Assembly (NCBI GenBank): GCA_028023455.1 | Contig: JAQFVV010000010.1 | Coordinates: 15,624,001-15,688,000, forward strand | Length of the DNA: 64,000 bases | Direction: 5' to 3' | From: Epiperipatus broadwayi | Taxonomy: Eukaryota > Animalia > Onychophora | Part shown: positions 1-12,149 of the stretch, in pieces | Position numbering within the stretch: the first letter of the stretch is position 1 | Layout of the letters: each line of letters starts with the position of its first letter | Translations under genes and position numbers: made by a program | The notes under the pieces: generated by a model | Told to the model about the DNA's origin: nothing | What the model saw: only the letters and a program-made list of their open reading frames with translations | Database searches by the model: none

Positions 1-1496
1 AGCGTGTTGAAACCACCGGAGGGCGTTATTTCTATGCTAGTGCACAGAAATATGCCATTTAGGTGGCCTCCGCCGCTATCGAACGTTTTATTTCTAACAC
101 GTAAGCCTAGAAATAGTCCGTTGATACGGGGGAGGGTACTGGCTGATTGTGTATTATTTCTATGCTAATGCACAGAAACATAAACATTTAGCCAATCTTG
201 CCGCAGAAGCTATTGTGTCAGCTTACAGCTCAGATTCAGGCTAAGCATTTCGGACTAGCGATCATATTTCACTTTTGTTTACAGTATTGTCTGAGGGTGG
301 CTGGAATTACAATTGTCGAAACTATTTTAATATTCATTAAGACCACCTCCCCCTCTATCTCGCATGTTTTAGGAAGGTCTACTAACAATTATCAGCAGAG
401 TCTTATGCTTCCCTAGTCCCCATTTCCTGCTGAAAAAATGGGCCAAGTGTAGTTAAAAGTGCGCTTCCCATCAAATCACGCTCTAAGTCACATTTCATGC
501 GACAACAACTGCGAGCTGATTAATCGAATAGCTGAAAAAATAGGACAACTTGTTTTGATGAATGTCAAAGAAAGAACAAGGATCTTCTCTGACTGCTGGA
601 ACCGGCGGTGGTTTATCAAACAAAACACCTTGAAGCTGCATGCCTGCTGTGTTTTTTTTTTTTATTTTTTATTTGCCTGAAGAGCCCAAAAAGTTGCTTT
701 TAATTGCCGTATAGATTGATTTTTTTGAGGGGGAATTACCATCAAAACTTGATCAATCTTTGAGTTGTTGGCATTCCATTCTATTAGCAAATGCAAACAC
801 CTTTCCCCCCCTCCCAAAGTTGGACTTTGGCTTGTAAATGTTACTGTTAAATGGACAATAGATTTATTTATCAAAATAAAAACAAAACAAACCGAAAAAA
901 AAAAGAAGTAGTAGTTGAATCGGCCGATTTTTTGTTTGTCATACAATACCAAAACAAAAATAGAAAAGGGTTTAATGAGAATGAAATCAAAACAAACAAA
1001 AAATTGGTTAACTACTTTTTAAAAATCATTGGTTTTAATCGATCCGTTTTTTTTTTTGTTTGTTTTTTTTTTTGTTGTTTGGGGTAGCCAAAATAGATTT
1101 GATAGCCGCCGTATTTTTATTTTAAATGTGATAAACAACAACCAAAAAAAATTACGTAGACGGTAAAAAAAAAACAAACAAACCCCGTCCCCTTTGAAAA
1201 TATAAATAATGAAAAAAAGAATCAAAAGCCAAAAAAATGAAGTACTTTTTTTTTGTAAATTCATTTATTTGTAATTTTTTTTGTTTATGTATTTGTTTAT
1301 TTTTTTTTTGTTTTGGTCGTGTTTAAACAAAAAATTTGATTTGATATTACTTTTATAAATGTGATAAACAAATAAAAAAACCAAAGCCAACAAAAAAAAA
1401 AAGAAAAGAAACCCGGCCCCGGCAACATTATATTTATCTTTGTTTACAAACCGAACCCGCCCTCCGGCGGTTTCGACACGCTATTGTAAAACAACC
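1..1496. mobile_element. Merlin/ISXO2 (IS1595-like) DNA transposon, internally deleted derivative; left end truncated by the window edge
   Basis: 1-25 (AGCGTGTTGAAACCACCGGAGGGCG) is the reverse complement of 1458-1482 with 2 mismatches. The right end continues to ...ACAACC at 1496, so the TIR begins with GG. A residual transposase motif 'LVLMNVKERTRIFSDCW' at ~545-600 resembles the Merlin 'IxSDxW' catalytic-D motif. A 27-nt subterminal direct repeat occurs at ~27-53 and ~155-181. Confidence 0.65.
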
Positions 1497-1499
1497 ACA

Positions 1500-2320
1500 A
1501 ATTTTTTAATAACCGCAATAAGAAACCTTTTTTCTTTAAAATATGTTTTATAAACTATAATGTTCTTTTCATTGAAACCAATCATCTTATATACTTTCCT
1601 TCTTTTCTTTTTAAAAACTATTTCTTCTTATCAGCCATATATACATATTCACATCTTTAACAGCCAACATTTTGATCACTTTTTTTTCTCTGCAGTTATT
1701 TTCAAGGATTTATAAAATTACATATTTATATATATTATTATTATTACAAATAAAATTAATGTCTATATTCTTATAACAACAATAACATTTCCCTTTTATC
1801 AATCAATACATCTTTTTTACATATACATTACATTATATAATCAACATTTACTTATTTCTTTTTTCTCTCCAAACTTTTTACTTTTACATATTCATTTCTT
1901 TATATACATAAAAAATACCTCTTAACCAATTACTTTAAACAATACCCTTTTTTATACCATTTTTAATTTTAATTATATTTTATGTAATTCATCCTATTTA
2001 AAACAGGTTTTTCCCTCTTTATATATAAATTTTCTTTTATCATTCTTTCTTTATATAATTTTACTTTAATGTCCAAATTCTTAACATTTGAATTTCTATC
2101 ATTCAAATGTTGTTTTAACCTAATCCTTAATTTATTCTTTGTTGTACCTATATGTGATACATTCCTATTATCTCTTTTACATCTAAACACTCAATCCTAT
2201 AAACTCCATTCATATTTTCAACATTCCTTCACAACAATGCTATCAACCTTTTTAAAATAACATGTTTGCGAAATAGTAATTGAAAGATCTATAAACCGAA
2301 ATATAATTTGTATTAGTTTA
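1500..2320 (-). mobile_element. Penelope-like element remnant, GIY-YIG endonuclease fragment plus 3' tail
   Basis: Minus-strand translation shows 'YRIEC', frameshifted to 'HIGTTKNKLRIRLKQH...IKENLYIK...PVLN'. This matches the PLE GIY-YIG pattern (Y-x-I-x-C...YIGxT...R..EH...E...N). Boundaries are approximate. Confidence 0.65.
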
Positions 2321-3689
2321 AAAGTTATTGGAAATATTATTTGAAAGTATAAAAAAAAAAGTTTTACAAACAATCAGCTTTTAAAAGAACGCAGTTTTGA
2401 AAGAAAGATTGCCGCAAAAAAAGTTGTAAAAATCACTTTTTTAAAAAAAAAAAAAAACATTTTTAGAGAAAAAAAAAGAGATCGATTTTTAAAAGGAAAT
2501 AATTTAAAAATACATTGATTTATCAGAGAGTGAAATACAATGTAACAGTATTACATGTGAAAGTAGATTTAAATAGTTGTGGCTTCTAAATTAATCACAC
2601 CTTCACATTATACGCTATCGATCTTTTAAGAACATGCATAGAAAACAACACTACCAAGCAAGTATCATTATCGCTAATCAACGGCGGTTTTTTTGTGCGT
2701 AGCATGGAGAAACAGCACTACGTAGTGGGTTAGATTGCTGGTAGCAGACGATGTAAGCTAAATGTGTTTACCTATGGCTATTAGCGCCACTAAGAGGGCA
2801 GTAGTGTTGGCAGCTAGTTGGCATAAGGTTCCTATGCATACACATGGTAAAAAGTGCCACCTAGTGACTGGAACTTGCATTGCTGCAATTGGCCCCCTAC
2901 TCTGAATATTTCTGTGACTGACACAGAAACAGTGCCCTTGCGGCCACATGATGCATAAGTTACAACTACCATACATCTACATATTTCCCAAGTACTATAA
3001 TATTTTAAGCTATACAACCAACACAAATTTATTTACATTTATAATATCACAATAAAGAAGAAAATAAAGATTGATAGTAGTAAGATTGTTAGGTTATTAA
3101 TAAAGTGGAAACACAATGGGTGAAAATAATCACAGAATTAAAGTCAGATGGAGAGTTTTTAATGGAAATAACTTTATATTAAAAAGAAATTTAATTGTGA
3201 GCTTGAAAATAAAAATAAAAATACTTTACAAGTGAATTTTTTTTATAGATATGAAGCTTAATAGAAGAGCAATAAAGAGATCATAGGCCATACAGCAATG
3301 TATGTAAAAATACATGTTAGAATTAAAAATGAGATATTGAAAATGGAGATTATTTAAGTCATCTAATTTTTTAGATGGTACTTGTTTTCACAAATAATGC
3401 TTCAAAGTATTACAAAATATTATGAGCGCTTTCAGATAAAATCAAGAAAAAAGTAAATTAAAAAGATAAATGCTAAAATAATGTTCATTTACAAAGATGG
3501 CAAATCTCTTGACATCACTTTTTAAATCATTAAATCATCATTTGATCATCTTTTTTTATGCTTATAAAAGCTCTTAAAAAACAACTATACAGCTGTATTA
3601 CAATGTATTGGAAAAAGACTACAATCATAAAAATAAAAAAATATATAAATATCTTTTATATATTATTCAATAATAGATGAGCATAAATC

Positions 3690-4430
3690 AAGAGCCAGTT
3701 GATAAGTGTTCTTGCTTTCTTGAATCTTTCAATATTTGAATGGCATAGCAAGTATCAAAATTAGTTCAACTAGATTAAGTTCTGATGAGAAGGATGGCTT
3801 TCCTCTGTATGCAATTTCTATCTTTGATTTACAATACTTTTTCAAAAATAAAAAGTTGTACTTGGCCACAAAGGTGAAATCCACATAATGCAAATTTCAG
3901 CTTTTACCAGTTATTAGGATCAATGTAAATATCTTCCAAAGATGCCTTGAATTTGACTTTGTGACTTGATTTTGGTCTATCTATCGATGTCTTCTTTTTG
4001 ATCCCTTTATAATAAAGTAAGTTTTCATAAATATAGCTATTACACAATTTTCTAACATATCTCAATACCTAAGTCTTCTTCCGCAAAGTATTGCAATGAG
4101 AAATGGTATCATGATTTATTATAGTATGTATTAATTGATTATTTTATCTTGCTATCTAATATTTGCAATTATTTTTCAAAGACATAACAAATAGAAACTG
4201 TTTAAGTTCTTCCTCTTCTCGTACTCTGCACTTAAATTCAAATTTTAGATCGTGGCATTAAGATTTTGATCTATATACATTTATTTCTTCATCAAAAAAG
4301 CATGAGTTTGTGATTGCAAACCAGAAATAATTAAAAGTTTGTATAGCATCAAAGCCACCTCCATTTAAAATGAAATTGGAAGATCGTTATCCTTTAGACA
4401 AACTTTCCTAATATTTAAGTATAATGAAAA
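3690..4430 (-). mobile_element. Degenerate non-LTR retrotransposon (RTE/CR1-type) RT C-terminal fragment
   Basis: Minus-strand fragments 'FILNGGGFDAIQTFNYF...DEEIN' and 'RPKSSHKVKFKASLEDIYIDPNNW' resemble the LINE motifs 'V..F.YLGS...DEEI' and 'GRP.KR.KD.LK..L....ID...W'. Many stops and frameshifts are present. Confidence 0.5.
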
Positions 4431-5639
4431 AAAGGTAAAACATTATAGTGGTAACTTTAGGATAGCATCATTGTGAAACAAAAGTTCTATTTCATTAGCA
4501 AAAAAAAAAAAAGAGCTCCATAATAAATTAAAACTTGTAAGTAACTGTTAAGTTGTACTTACACTGAACAATGAACCATCGTATCTAAAAAAAATATATA
4601 ATTGAAAACATACAAAATGGAGATTTTAAATGCACAATGCAAAAAAAATTAAAACTTCAAAAACAATGATGGACATCTTGTTAATTCCATATCTACCATG
4701 TGTCTTAGTGCTAAATTCAAGTTAAAAATCCATAGATTAGAACTTAGTTCTATCTCTCCTGGTGCTTAGATAACTTATGACATTTCAAGTGACAACCATT
4801 TAATTATTATTCTATATGTCCTCAAAAGTGTAATATACACTACCAACAAACTAAATATTGATTTCCCTATTTTTTTGGAGGAATGTCTAACATTCTATCA
4901 ACAAGCAATGAGAATTGACCTTTTTTTTCAACTTTTCTTAATGTTGCTTAAGTGTGGAAATCATATTAAGAATTGAATGCATGTTATGGCATCACTTAGA
5001 AAATTTCTGTATGTGCTTCACAATAACTTATAAATATTTAGTTCTGAATATTAAAATATTTAATAAGTAATTTAAAATTGAATCTACATTTCCCTCTTGG
5101 TCTGGATATGGGCCTATAAACACTGCCATTGTTGAATTGCTGTTTATGCAATGATATTACCATTCTTTAACTGTAAGCACAACATATTCTGCTCTGATCT
5201 ATACTTTCTTCTCTTATTGCTGGTCTTTCTATTTTTGTTCTTTTTCTAAAATTACAAGAGTCTGCTAATGATAGTAATGATTAACTACCTTTAGTGAGTA
5301 AAAAAAAAATAGCAATGGCTATCATATTTAACATTTAGTTATATTTTAATGAATTAATCAAATTATTCAATAGTAATAATAAACTACCATCAACTTTGAT
5401 TAGGCATTATCTCAACTCCATCTTACAATTGTTAACATTGAATTGAAATGATGTATATAGTCATGTACATTTAAGCGATTTCATATAGATGACAGATTTC
5501 ATTAATATACAAATATCAAGGAATAGACTATACAATTAAAGTTTGTACTGTTAAGTTTTTACTGTGTTTATATAATATAAAATGAATTTGTCTGAATTTC
5601 TATGATAGGTTATGATTTTCAAACATTGTTAATATATTA

Positions 5640-5950
5640 AAAGATGGAAGTCTCTTCAAAATTTAATCTTGTTTCTTGGATCCACAGCTTCTCTTCAATC
5701 ACTCCAGATAACTTTCTTATTCATCCACTTTCTACTTGATAATCTTTAGTTTTTATGATTTCTTAGTATCCAGTTTAAAACTTCAGATTTTCATCTATTG
5801 TCATCACTTCTAGCAACATATCCAACCCAACTCAATTTTTTCAGTAATGTCTAATTGTTTTCCCATTCATATATTTTGCTTTCAATCCACATTATTATTA
5901 TTCTCAACATATATCTCCCTAAACTTTGTTATATAATATGAATTTTCTAT
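5640..5950 (-). mobile_element. RTE-clade LINE 3' end fragment
   Basis: Minus-strand 'LSWVGYVARSDDNR*KSEVLNW...' matches the RTE 'W.GHVAR..DNRW...L.W' motif. Same family as 8870-10960. Confidence 0.65.
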
Positions 5951-6269
5951 TTTTATTTTTATTAAGCATCCAGATCTCAAATCTATAAGCAACCATTAGT
6001 AAAACACACTTTTTAAACATTTTTTAAATTTTTTTATTGACTATTTATAGTCTTTGCTTTTAGCCTTAACCAATATTATATTGCTAAGACTTCTAATATA
6101 TGGTTTGGTTGAAGATCACTTAGCCCCATGTGGCTATTTAAGTTAGATTGCTGGGTTTGAAGACATTTAGGTGGCTGAAAACTTGATTTTCTATTCAATA
6201 GTCAATTCTTAGATAAATGCTGGATTTGGGTTGGTGTTTTTAGATCTAAGGTCTGAAGCTACCCTAGCG

Positions 6270-6312
6270 CCTCTCTGAGGAATGCCAAAAGCATGAAACC
6301 ATTGGTCAGGGG
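6270..6312 (+). ncRNA. Type I hammerhead ribozyme, minimal form, intact core
   Basis: CCTCT-CTGAGGA-ATGC(CAAAA)GCAT-GAAA-CCATTGG-TC|AGGGG. Stem I is CCTCT/AGGGG, the core is CUGANGA...GAAA, stem II is 4 perfect bp, stem III is the near-palindrome ACCATTGGT, and the GUC cleavage site is after 6307. Confidence 0.8.
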
Positions 6313-6888
6313 ATGGGGGGTGGTTTTCAGATAGAGATATTTTAAGTGCTTTCTCTTGCTAAGCATTTATCTCAAAGCTTGTTGAGCAATTAGCAAAGCT
6401 CTTTATTTTCTTTTAATATTTCTACCAATCAAGTTTAATTCATATAGTTAATTTTATCAATTTGTTAACTAATTTGGATAAAGTGCAGCATATATATGTA
6501 TATTTAATAAATGTATTTATAAAGATTAACTACGAGTATGCATATATATGTATATATTATCATAAATAATGAAGGTAAAATATTGTGTTAAGATGAATTA
6601 TGTGCATGCATATATATATATGATCATACATAATGAATGCAAATTATTAAGTATTACCTATCATTGACTACGTTTTTGATATTATTTCTTTAGAAATGAG
6701 TGTTGATTTTGTTATTATATGCAGAGAGATATACGATTAAATAAAAAATTGATGAAATTCATCCATCTTAATATAATTCATTAATGATCATGATTAACAA
6801 TCATGACTATATTAATGTTGTTTCAATTTCTTTATCTTTTTGATTCTAGTTACTTAAATTAGTGCAAAGACAAATTGTGCATAAGCAT

Positions 6889-7360
6889 CCAGAGTAATCA
6901 ATGGATGCCAGAAGCCTTGTGCATAAAATCCCCATCTAGTACCTACTCATCCAATATCCCCAGATTAGTTTCTGGCTTGTGGCCTTCATCAGGAACTGAG
7001 AGCACTGCACCCAGATCTTAGGATCTAATGCAACCCTCTGGCAGACAATTTTTATCTCTACTTAATTACAAAACTATGAGTCTTATGTTGAAAACACTGT
7101 AATATTTTCAATCCAAGCTAATTAGCTTATATAGATCTAGGTGCAGTGTTTTCAGATCCAAGGCTCCTCATTGATGAAGGCCACAAGCCAGAAACTAGTC
7201 TGGGGATATTGGATGAATAAGCACTAGATGGAGATTTTATGCACAAGCCTTCTGGAAGCCGTGATTACTCTGGCTTGCACTGAGTGGCAATACGTATAGA
7301 GAGTTTTGCCTGTTTTAATAACAGTTATAAGCAAGCATAGAAAATGGTGATCATACGATG
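6889..7360. mobile_element. Fold-back non-autonomous repeat (PLE pseudo-LTR-like) carrying HHR motifs; family copy 1
   Basis: Inverted arms at ~6889-7018 and ~7133-7273. The same sequence family recurs at 21825-22200 and 50106-50410, with a shared 3' end (...GGTGATCATGTGATAT-like). Confidence 0.75.
7165..7206 (+). ncRNA. Type I hammerhead ribozyme motif, near-intact (C3->U)
   Basis: TCCTCA-TTGATGA-AGGC(CACAA)GCCA-GAAAC-TA-GTC|TGGGGA. Stem I is TCCTCA/TGGGGA, stem III is the palindrome ACTAGT, and the GUC site is after 7200. The other copies read CTGATGA. Confidence 0.65.
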
Positions 7361-7519
7361 TTTATTGGCTTAAAATATAGCAATTAGTAAACATTTTCCA
7401 TTTGATAGCATAAATCTTTATTGATGATTCAGATTTCAATTAATATTTATATTTCACAAAATAGTGAAATGACTTCATATATGAGGATTAACTGTAAAAA
7501 ATAAATAAACAATCAAGAA

Positions 7520-8070
7520 TGCTTCCTCCTCTCTTGTACGATAGAATGTTGGCTCATCAAAGACCAAGAACCACTTCCAATACAAAACATCATGTCTTCC
7601 TCTTTTCTTTATTGACTTCTGTAACTTAAGTTAGTGTAGAATTGTTTGCGCAATCATATTTTCATCCACACAATTTAATTCTGACTCATATATAGGGTGA
7701 CAAAATACATTACTGTAATAAGGAACAGTACATACAGTAATGCAATCATGTTTATTATTATTTAGAAATTCAGATCCAAATGGTGTGCTTTTCTTTAGTC
7801 AAATTCATCAAATTTTTATCAGAAAAATCAAGCAATTTTGCCTTGTCACTGCGGGCCAAAAGTATGACATTTTATTTTTGGTCATCGAAACTATTCACAT
7901 TAGAGACTATTATTTCTGGCATAATAGAATAATAGACAACATGATGTGGACAATGTACGAGATAAATTTTCTTTTGCAAAATAACAACCAATTTGGAAGT
8001 CATATCAATTTTTTTTTTAAGAAGCATTTCACTTAATAACTTGAAATATAACTTGATCATTACAGCTGAA
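7520..8070 (-). mobile_element. Degenerate CR1/L2-type LINE RT C-terminal fragment
   Basis: Minus-strand translation resembles the LINE 'KC.V..Y...II.S.Y......V..LG..FD..L' and 'Y...LSPY' segments; heavily decayed. Confidence 0.5.
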
Positions 8071-8869
8071 ACTGATTAGTATTTTGTAACAACTCATTCT
8101 TGAACAACTTCTTCAAGTGTAAAAAATTTTTTTTAAAAATCTATAAATATCTGATAGCAGAAAACAATGTGAAAAGTCATGATAATAAAGTCATTTTTGA
8201 TTAAAACACATTCACTCTGTAAAAATATTCAGCACCTTACAAAAAGTAAAAACTATATACCAAAGCAATTTGAAGTGGCATATACAGTGTATCTTCAAGT
8301 ATATTATTATTCTATTTCTTTTTCAGTTTCAAGATATCTGGCTGTAGTTGATTAATGGTATTCCATTCCATCTTTAAATGATTATCATAAGATTATTACC
8401 AGATTTATCTAAATGAATTATTATAAAAACTCTAATCTAAATATCTGAAATCAGTGCACCTTCAAAAATATCAAACTAAAAACCTGAAAATCACACATTT
8501 CTATAAAGAAGTTTTCTGTTAACTGAAAGGAGACCTTTTGATTCTTTTTTGAGGTCATAAAAGAACTGAGACAAATTCTTAATGTTCATCCCATATGTTT
8601 TTGATGTTGCAGTCATTACTATATGACTATTTATATAGTATAAGAATATGAATAGTTTTCTCACCAACACACATCAGCCATCATAGTGAGTATATTGGCT
8701 TTTAACTTCCGGGTATAGGATCAAAAACATTATAGTTTTTCTTCTCAGTTGCCCAATAGGTCTCAACTTAAATATCAATTGAGTTTTCCTGAAGACAAAA
8801 TGATATATATATGAATGAACATTTTATAATCATGTCAACAAAAGTAAATCATGGTCCTTATTCCCAGGA

Positions 8870-10960
8870 GACTATAAAGTCACCAGCCAAGGCAGCAGTT
8901 AGTGGCTGAAGGTGAAGGATACTAAGAATATATTCCTTGAGTGGAAACCCAGTCCATAATTTGTTAATACTTTTTATTTAGACATACTTTCAAATGAAGG
9001 AAGATTGCATAAATTGGAAGAACTGTCTAATAATATTAAATGGGATATTGTTGGACTTTGAGAAATTAGAAGAAAAGATGAAGAGTCAATTGATTTTAAA
9101 AAAGTGGTCATGTACTTTACTATAAAGGTACAAATATTGGAAGACAAGTGAAATTAGATTCATTACAAATAAAAAGTGGGAGAACAATATTGTGGAGATT
9201 GATGGTGTATGAGAGTGACAAGATTGGCTATTCAACTTAATGGAAGATATCAAATGCAGATAATTCAAGTTTATATCTCAATAAGTTCTCATTCTGATAA
9301 AGAAGTAAAGATTTTTATACGGATTACAAATCAAACATTTTAAAATGGTCATAGGAAACTTTACTGCTAGAATTAGTAAACAATTAAAAGTGCTATGAGT
9401 AAATTTGGTTATGATGGTAGAAATGAGATAGGACCAGACTGATAGAGTTTATAGATAAAGAAAAACTGTATATTACAAATTCTTTCTTTGAGAAAAATGC
9501 AAAACAGACATTGACATGGAAGCATTCAAATAAAGATACAAGAGATTTGGATTATATTCTGATAACAAGAAAATACATATTTCAACATTGGAATGTTCTT
9601 AATAAATCATCATTTAAAAAGATATAAGATATGTGTTAGTGTGAAACTAGAGATAAAAATTATTAAAGAAAATAATATTCATAGTTGATATTTCATACAT
9701 TCAGAAACATTCCAATGAATTTAAATTAAAACTTGCAAATCACTTTAAGTTATTAAAACTTTGAAGATGGTTCAGATTTAAATGAAATCAATACAAAAAT
9801 AATTGATATAGTATTAAGAACTGTAACACAAAGATAGCTGATGTTAACCAGTAAATTTCCTATCAATAAAAGAAAATATATGAAAATAAGAAGGAATATG
9901 AAAATATACAAAAACTATCCATTAAAAAGAATTGAATATCTAGTTTTGTAAAATGGACAAGAAAATTGTGACTTAGCAAGGAAAGCCATCAAAGATAATA
10001 AGTCTCAAAAGTGTAAAACAATAGTTGTATTGGTAGGTAAATTATTTCTGCAATAAGAAAAAATGGAACTAATGAAAAAAACATTTGACATCATGAAATG
10101 TATGAAGAGTTCTATGCAAAATTATATAGCAATAAAAAACAGAAACAAAGTATCCCCTACAATTTCTTCTAAATTAATAGTATTTTAAATGACTGGAAGA
10201 ATACAGTAATAATTTTGATATTTAAAAAAGATATTAGATTATTATTTAAGCCACCTATTTTTTGCAGATGTAATTGTTTTTGCAAATTGCAAGGATTATC
10301 AGATGAAAGTAAAAAAGTAGGACTAAAGATAACTGCTAAAAAGACTAAAGATAATTGCTAAAAAGATTAGAGCAATGTACAATGGAATTTTTCAAAAGAA
10401 TAAATAAAGATTGATAACAATGAATTAAAAGTTAACAACTACAAATATTTTGTCAAATTATTAACACAGATGTAAACATAATGGATAAAATTAATTATAG
10501 AATTAAACTTGGATGGAATGATTTTGGTAAAAATAACTTAGTATTAAAATAAAATATGGCTATGTGTTTAAAAAGAAATGTTTTTAATAAATGTGTTTTA
10601 TCAGTTCTTACTTAACAAATAAGCAATACTGAGACTTCAGACCACCCCATGAAGGGACAGATGTATGTTGGGGATAAGAAGATGGTATTGAAAATGAACT
10701 ACATGGGTGAGAGAACAAACAGGTATTACCGACATCATTAAAAGAATTGAGACTGAAGTGGAATTGGGTTGGACATACTGCTAGAGGAGATGATAATAGA
10801 TGAATAATTGAAATCTTAAACTGGATCCAAAGAGATTATAAAAGATCTGATAAAAAAAAAAAAAGTGATGTGGAAAAGAGATTAGAAATCTAAAAAACTG
10901 GATTAAACTTGGAGACTTTCATCACGAAGTGAATATAATAGTTGAAGATGAAGACAATGA
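8870..10960 (+). mobile_element. RTE-clade LINE, degenerate, internally deleted
   Basis: An APE endonuclease-like segment 'LEELSNNIKWDIVGLCEIRRK...IIQVY' at ~9010-9300 and an RT C-terminal segment 'LKWNWVGHTARGDDNR*IIEILNW' at ~10750-10830, with a GAT-type tail near 10945. Many frameshifts. Confidence 0.8.
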
Positions 10961-11983
10961 AAATTATTAACATTACTGTTTTTACATATTTACAACACTA
11001 TCCACACGACATACAATTGTTCTTACATAGTTAGTTTTCAATAATTCTTTTTCCACACTTTTAAATTAAAAACTTTATTTCATAAAATCATATTATTTTG
11101 CATCGACTTAAAACTTCCCAAAAAAAAAGTTTGGAAGAATTATTGTATTTTTATATATTATTTATGGATCAAATTGAAATGAAAAACAAGATGAATAGAC
11201 TGTATTTAGATTTTAATTTTATGCAGTGAGAAAAATTTTTCCTCTATATTTTCCACAGACGACTCAAAATCATAGCCCATGTCAATAGCCTCACACCTTC
11301 TATTTTGGTTCTAAGTGTAGAGAGATAATCGATTGCATGAAAGGCTTAAGCTGACAGAGGCTCTTGACTAACTTAAATGATTAAAACAATAAAATAAATG
11401 CAAATGGAAAGAGCAAGGAGACAAAAACAGCTAGCATACAATTTTCATTTAAAATCACAAATTTTATCATTTTAATGCAACATTTCAAAAGGTCGTCCGG
11501 CAATTAATTTTTCACACTCTCTTCCCTTTGGGGGCTACTGGAGAAAAATTATCCTGCAGTGGGACCAGTTATCAAAATCAATTTTTAAAAAACTAGTTAG
11601 ATTTTTGAATAGCAATAATTTTTAAATATGTTTTAGAAATTTTTCTATACTACCGTAATCCGATAACTATAAATTAATTACAAGAATTGAAGAATGTTTT
11701 ATATATTGCCATATTAATTTATTTTGTAAAGTGATGGGATTCTTATAAACTTAGTGATGAAAAATTCTAGCGTTCATTTCCCTGAAATATGATAAACGGA
11801 ATACATAAAAGAAATACGTAGATACTAAATATTGATTAACATTTTAGGAATTAAATTTTAATATTGCAGTTTTCATTGAACAATTTAATATTACACTGTA
11901 ATTTGTATATTATAATGAAAAAAATACATAAAATAAAATACGTATATATTTGTTGAACTAAAATTTATTTCTCAATTACATAC

Positions 11984-12008
11984 CCAGATTTCTAACGGGC
12001 ACCGCCAT
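11984..12008 (-). CDS. Candidate first coding exon (MAVPVRNL+1 nt) of an unidentified gene divergent from MED15
   Basis: The minus strand reads AAA-ATG GCG GTG CCC GTT AGA AAT CTG G|GTATGT: a strong start context followed by a canonical donor. No downstream coding exon was confirmed. Confidence 0.35.
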
Positions 12009-12011
12009 TTT
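12002..12011 (+). promoter_or_regulatory. YY1-type motif (CCGCCATTTT) in the MED15 promoter region
   Basis: Exact CCGCCATNTT match ~140 nt upstream of the MED15 ATG, in a CpG-retaining patch. It overlaps the candidate minus-strand ATG. Confidence 0.45.
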
Positions 12012-12060
12012 AAAAACACCCGTATGTATTATTTTTTCTTTAACAAGATTATCCACAGAA

Positions 12061-12140
12061 GTAAGAGTATGGTGGCTGGTATTGAATGATAATTTTACTA
12101 AATATTTTTTAAAATATCTCAATTAATTACAAAATTTTAG
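12061..12140 (+). other. MED15: Probable 80-nt 5'-UTR intron of MED15
   Basis: Donor AA|GTAAGA at 12061 and acceptor TTTTAG| at 12140, 9 nt before the ATG (AATTCAAAA-ATG). Confidence 0.55.
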
Positions 12141-12149
12141 AATTCAAAA

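Noticed and set aside
662-1264. Short ORFs rich in F/K/N (662-952, 851-1087, 1019-1264) and similar at 17726-17944
   Set aside because: These are translations of homopolymer-rich transposon interiors, possibly inflated by long-read errors; no protein motifs.
1545-1600. HHR-like AAGATGA-TTG(GTTT)CAA-T-GAAA on minus, in the PLE tail
   Set aside because: C3 and U4 are both lost and stem I is weak; at most a decayed relic.
11230-11790. Several minus-strand acceptors (11367, 11781, 7490) as exon 2 of the divergent gene
   Set aside because: Each closes the phase-1 frame within a few to ~22 codons with no good donor before the stop.
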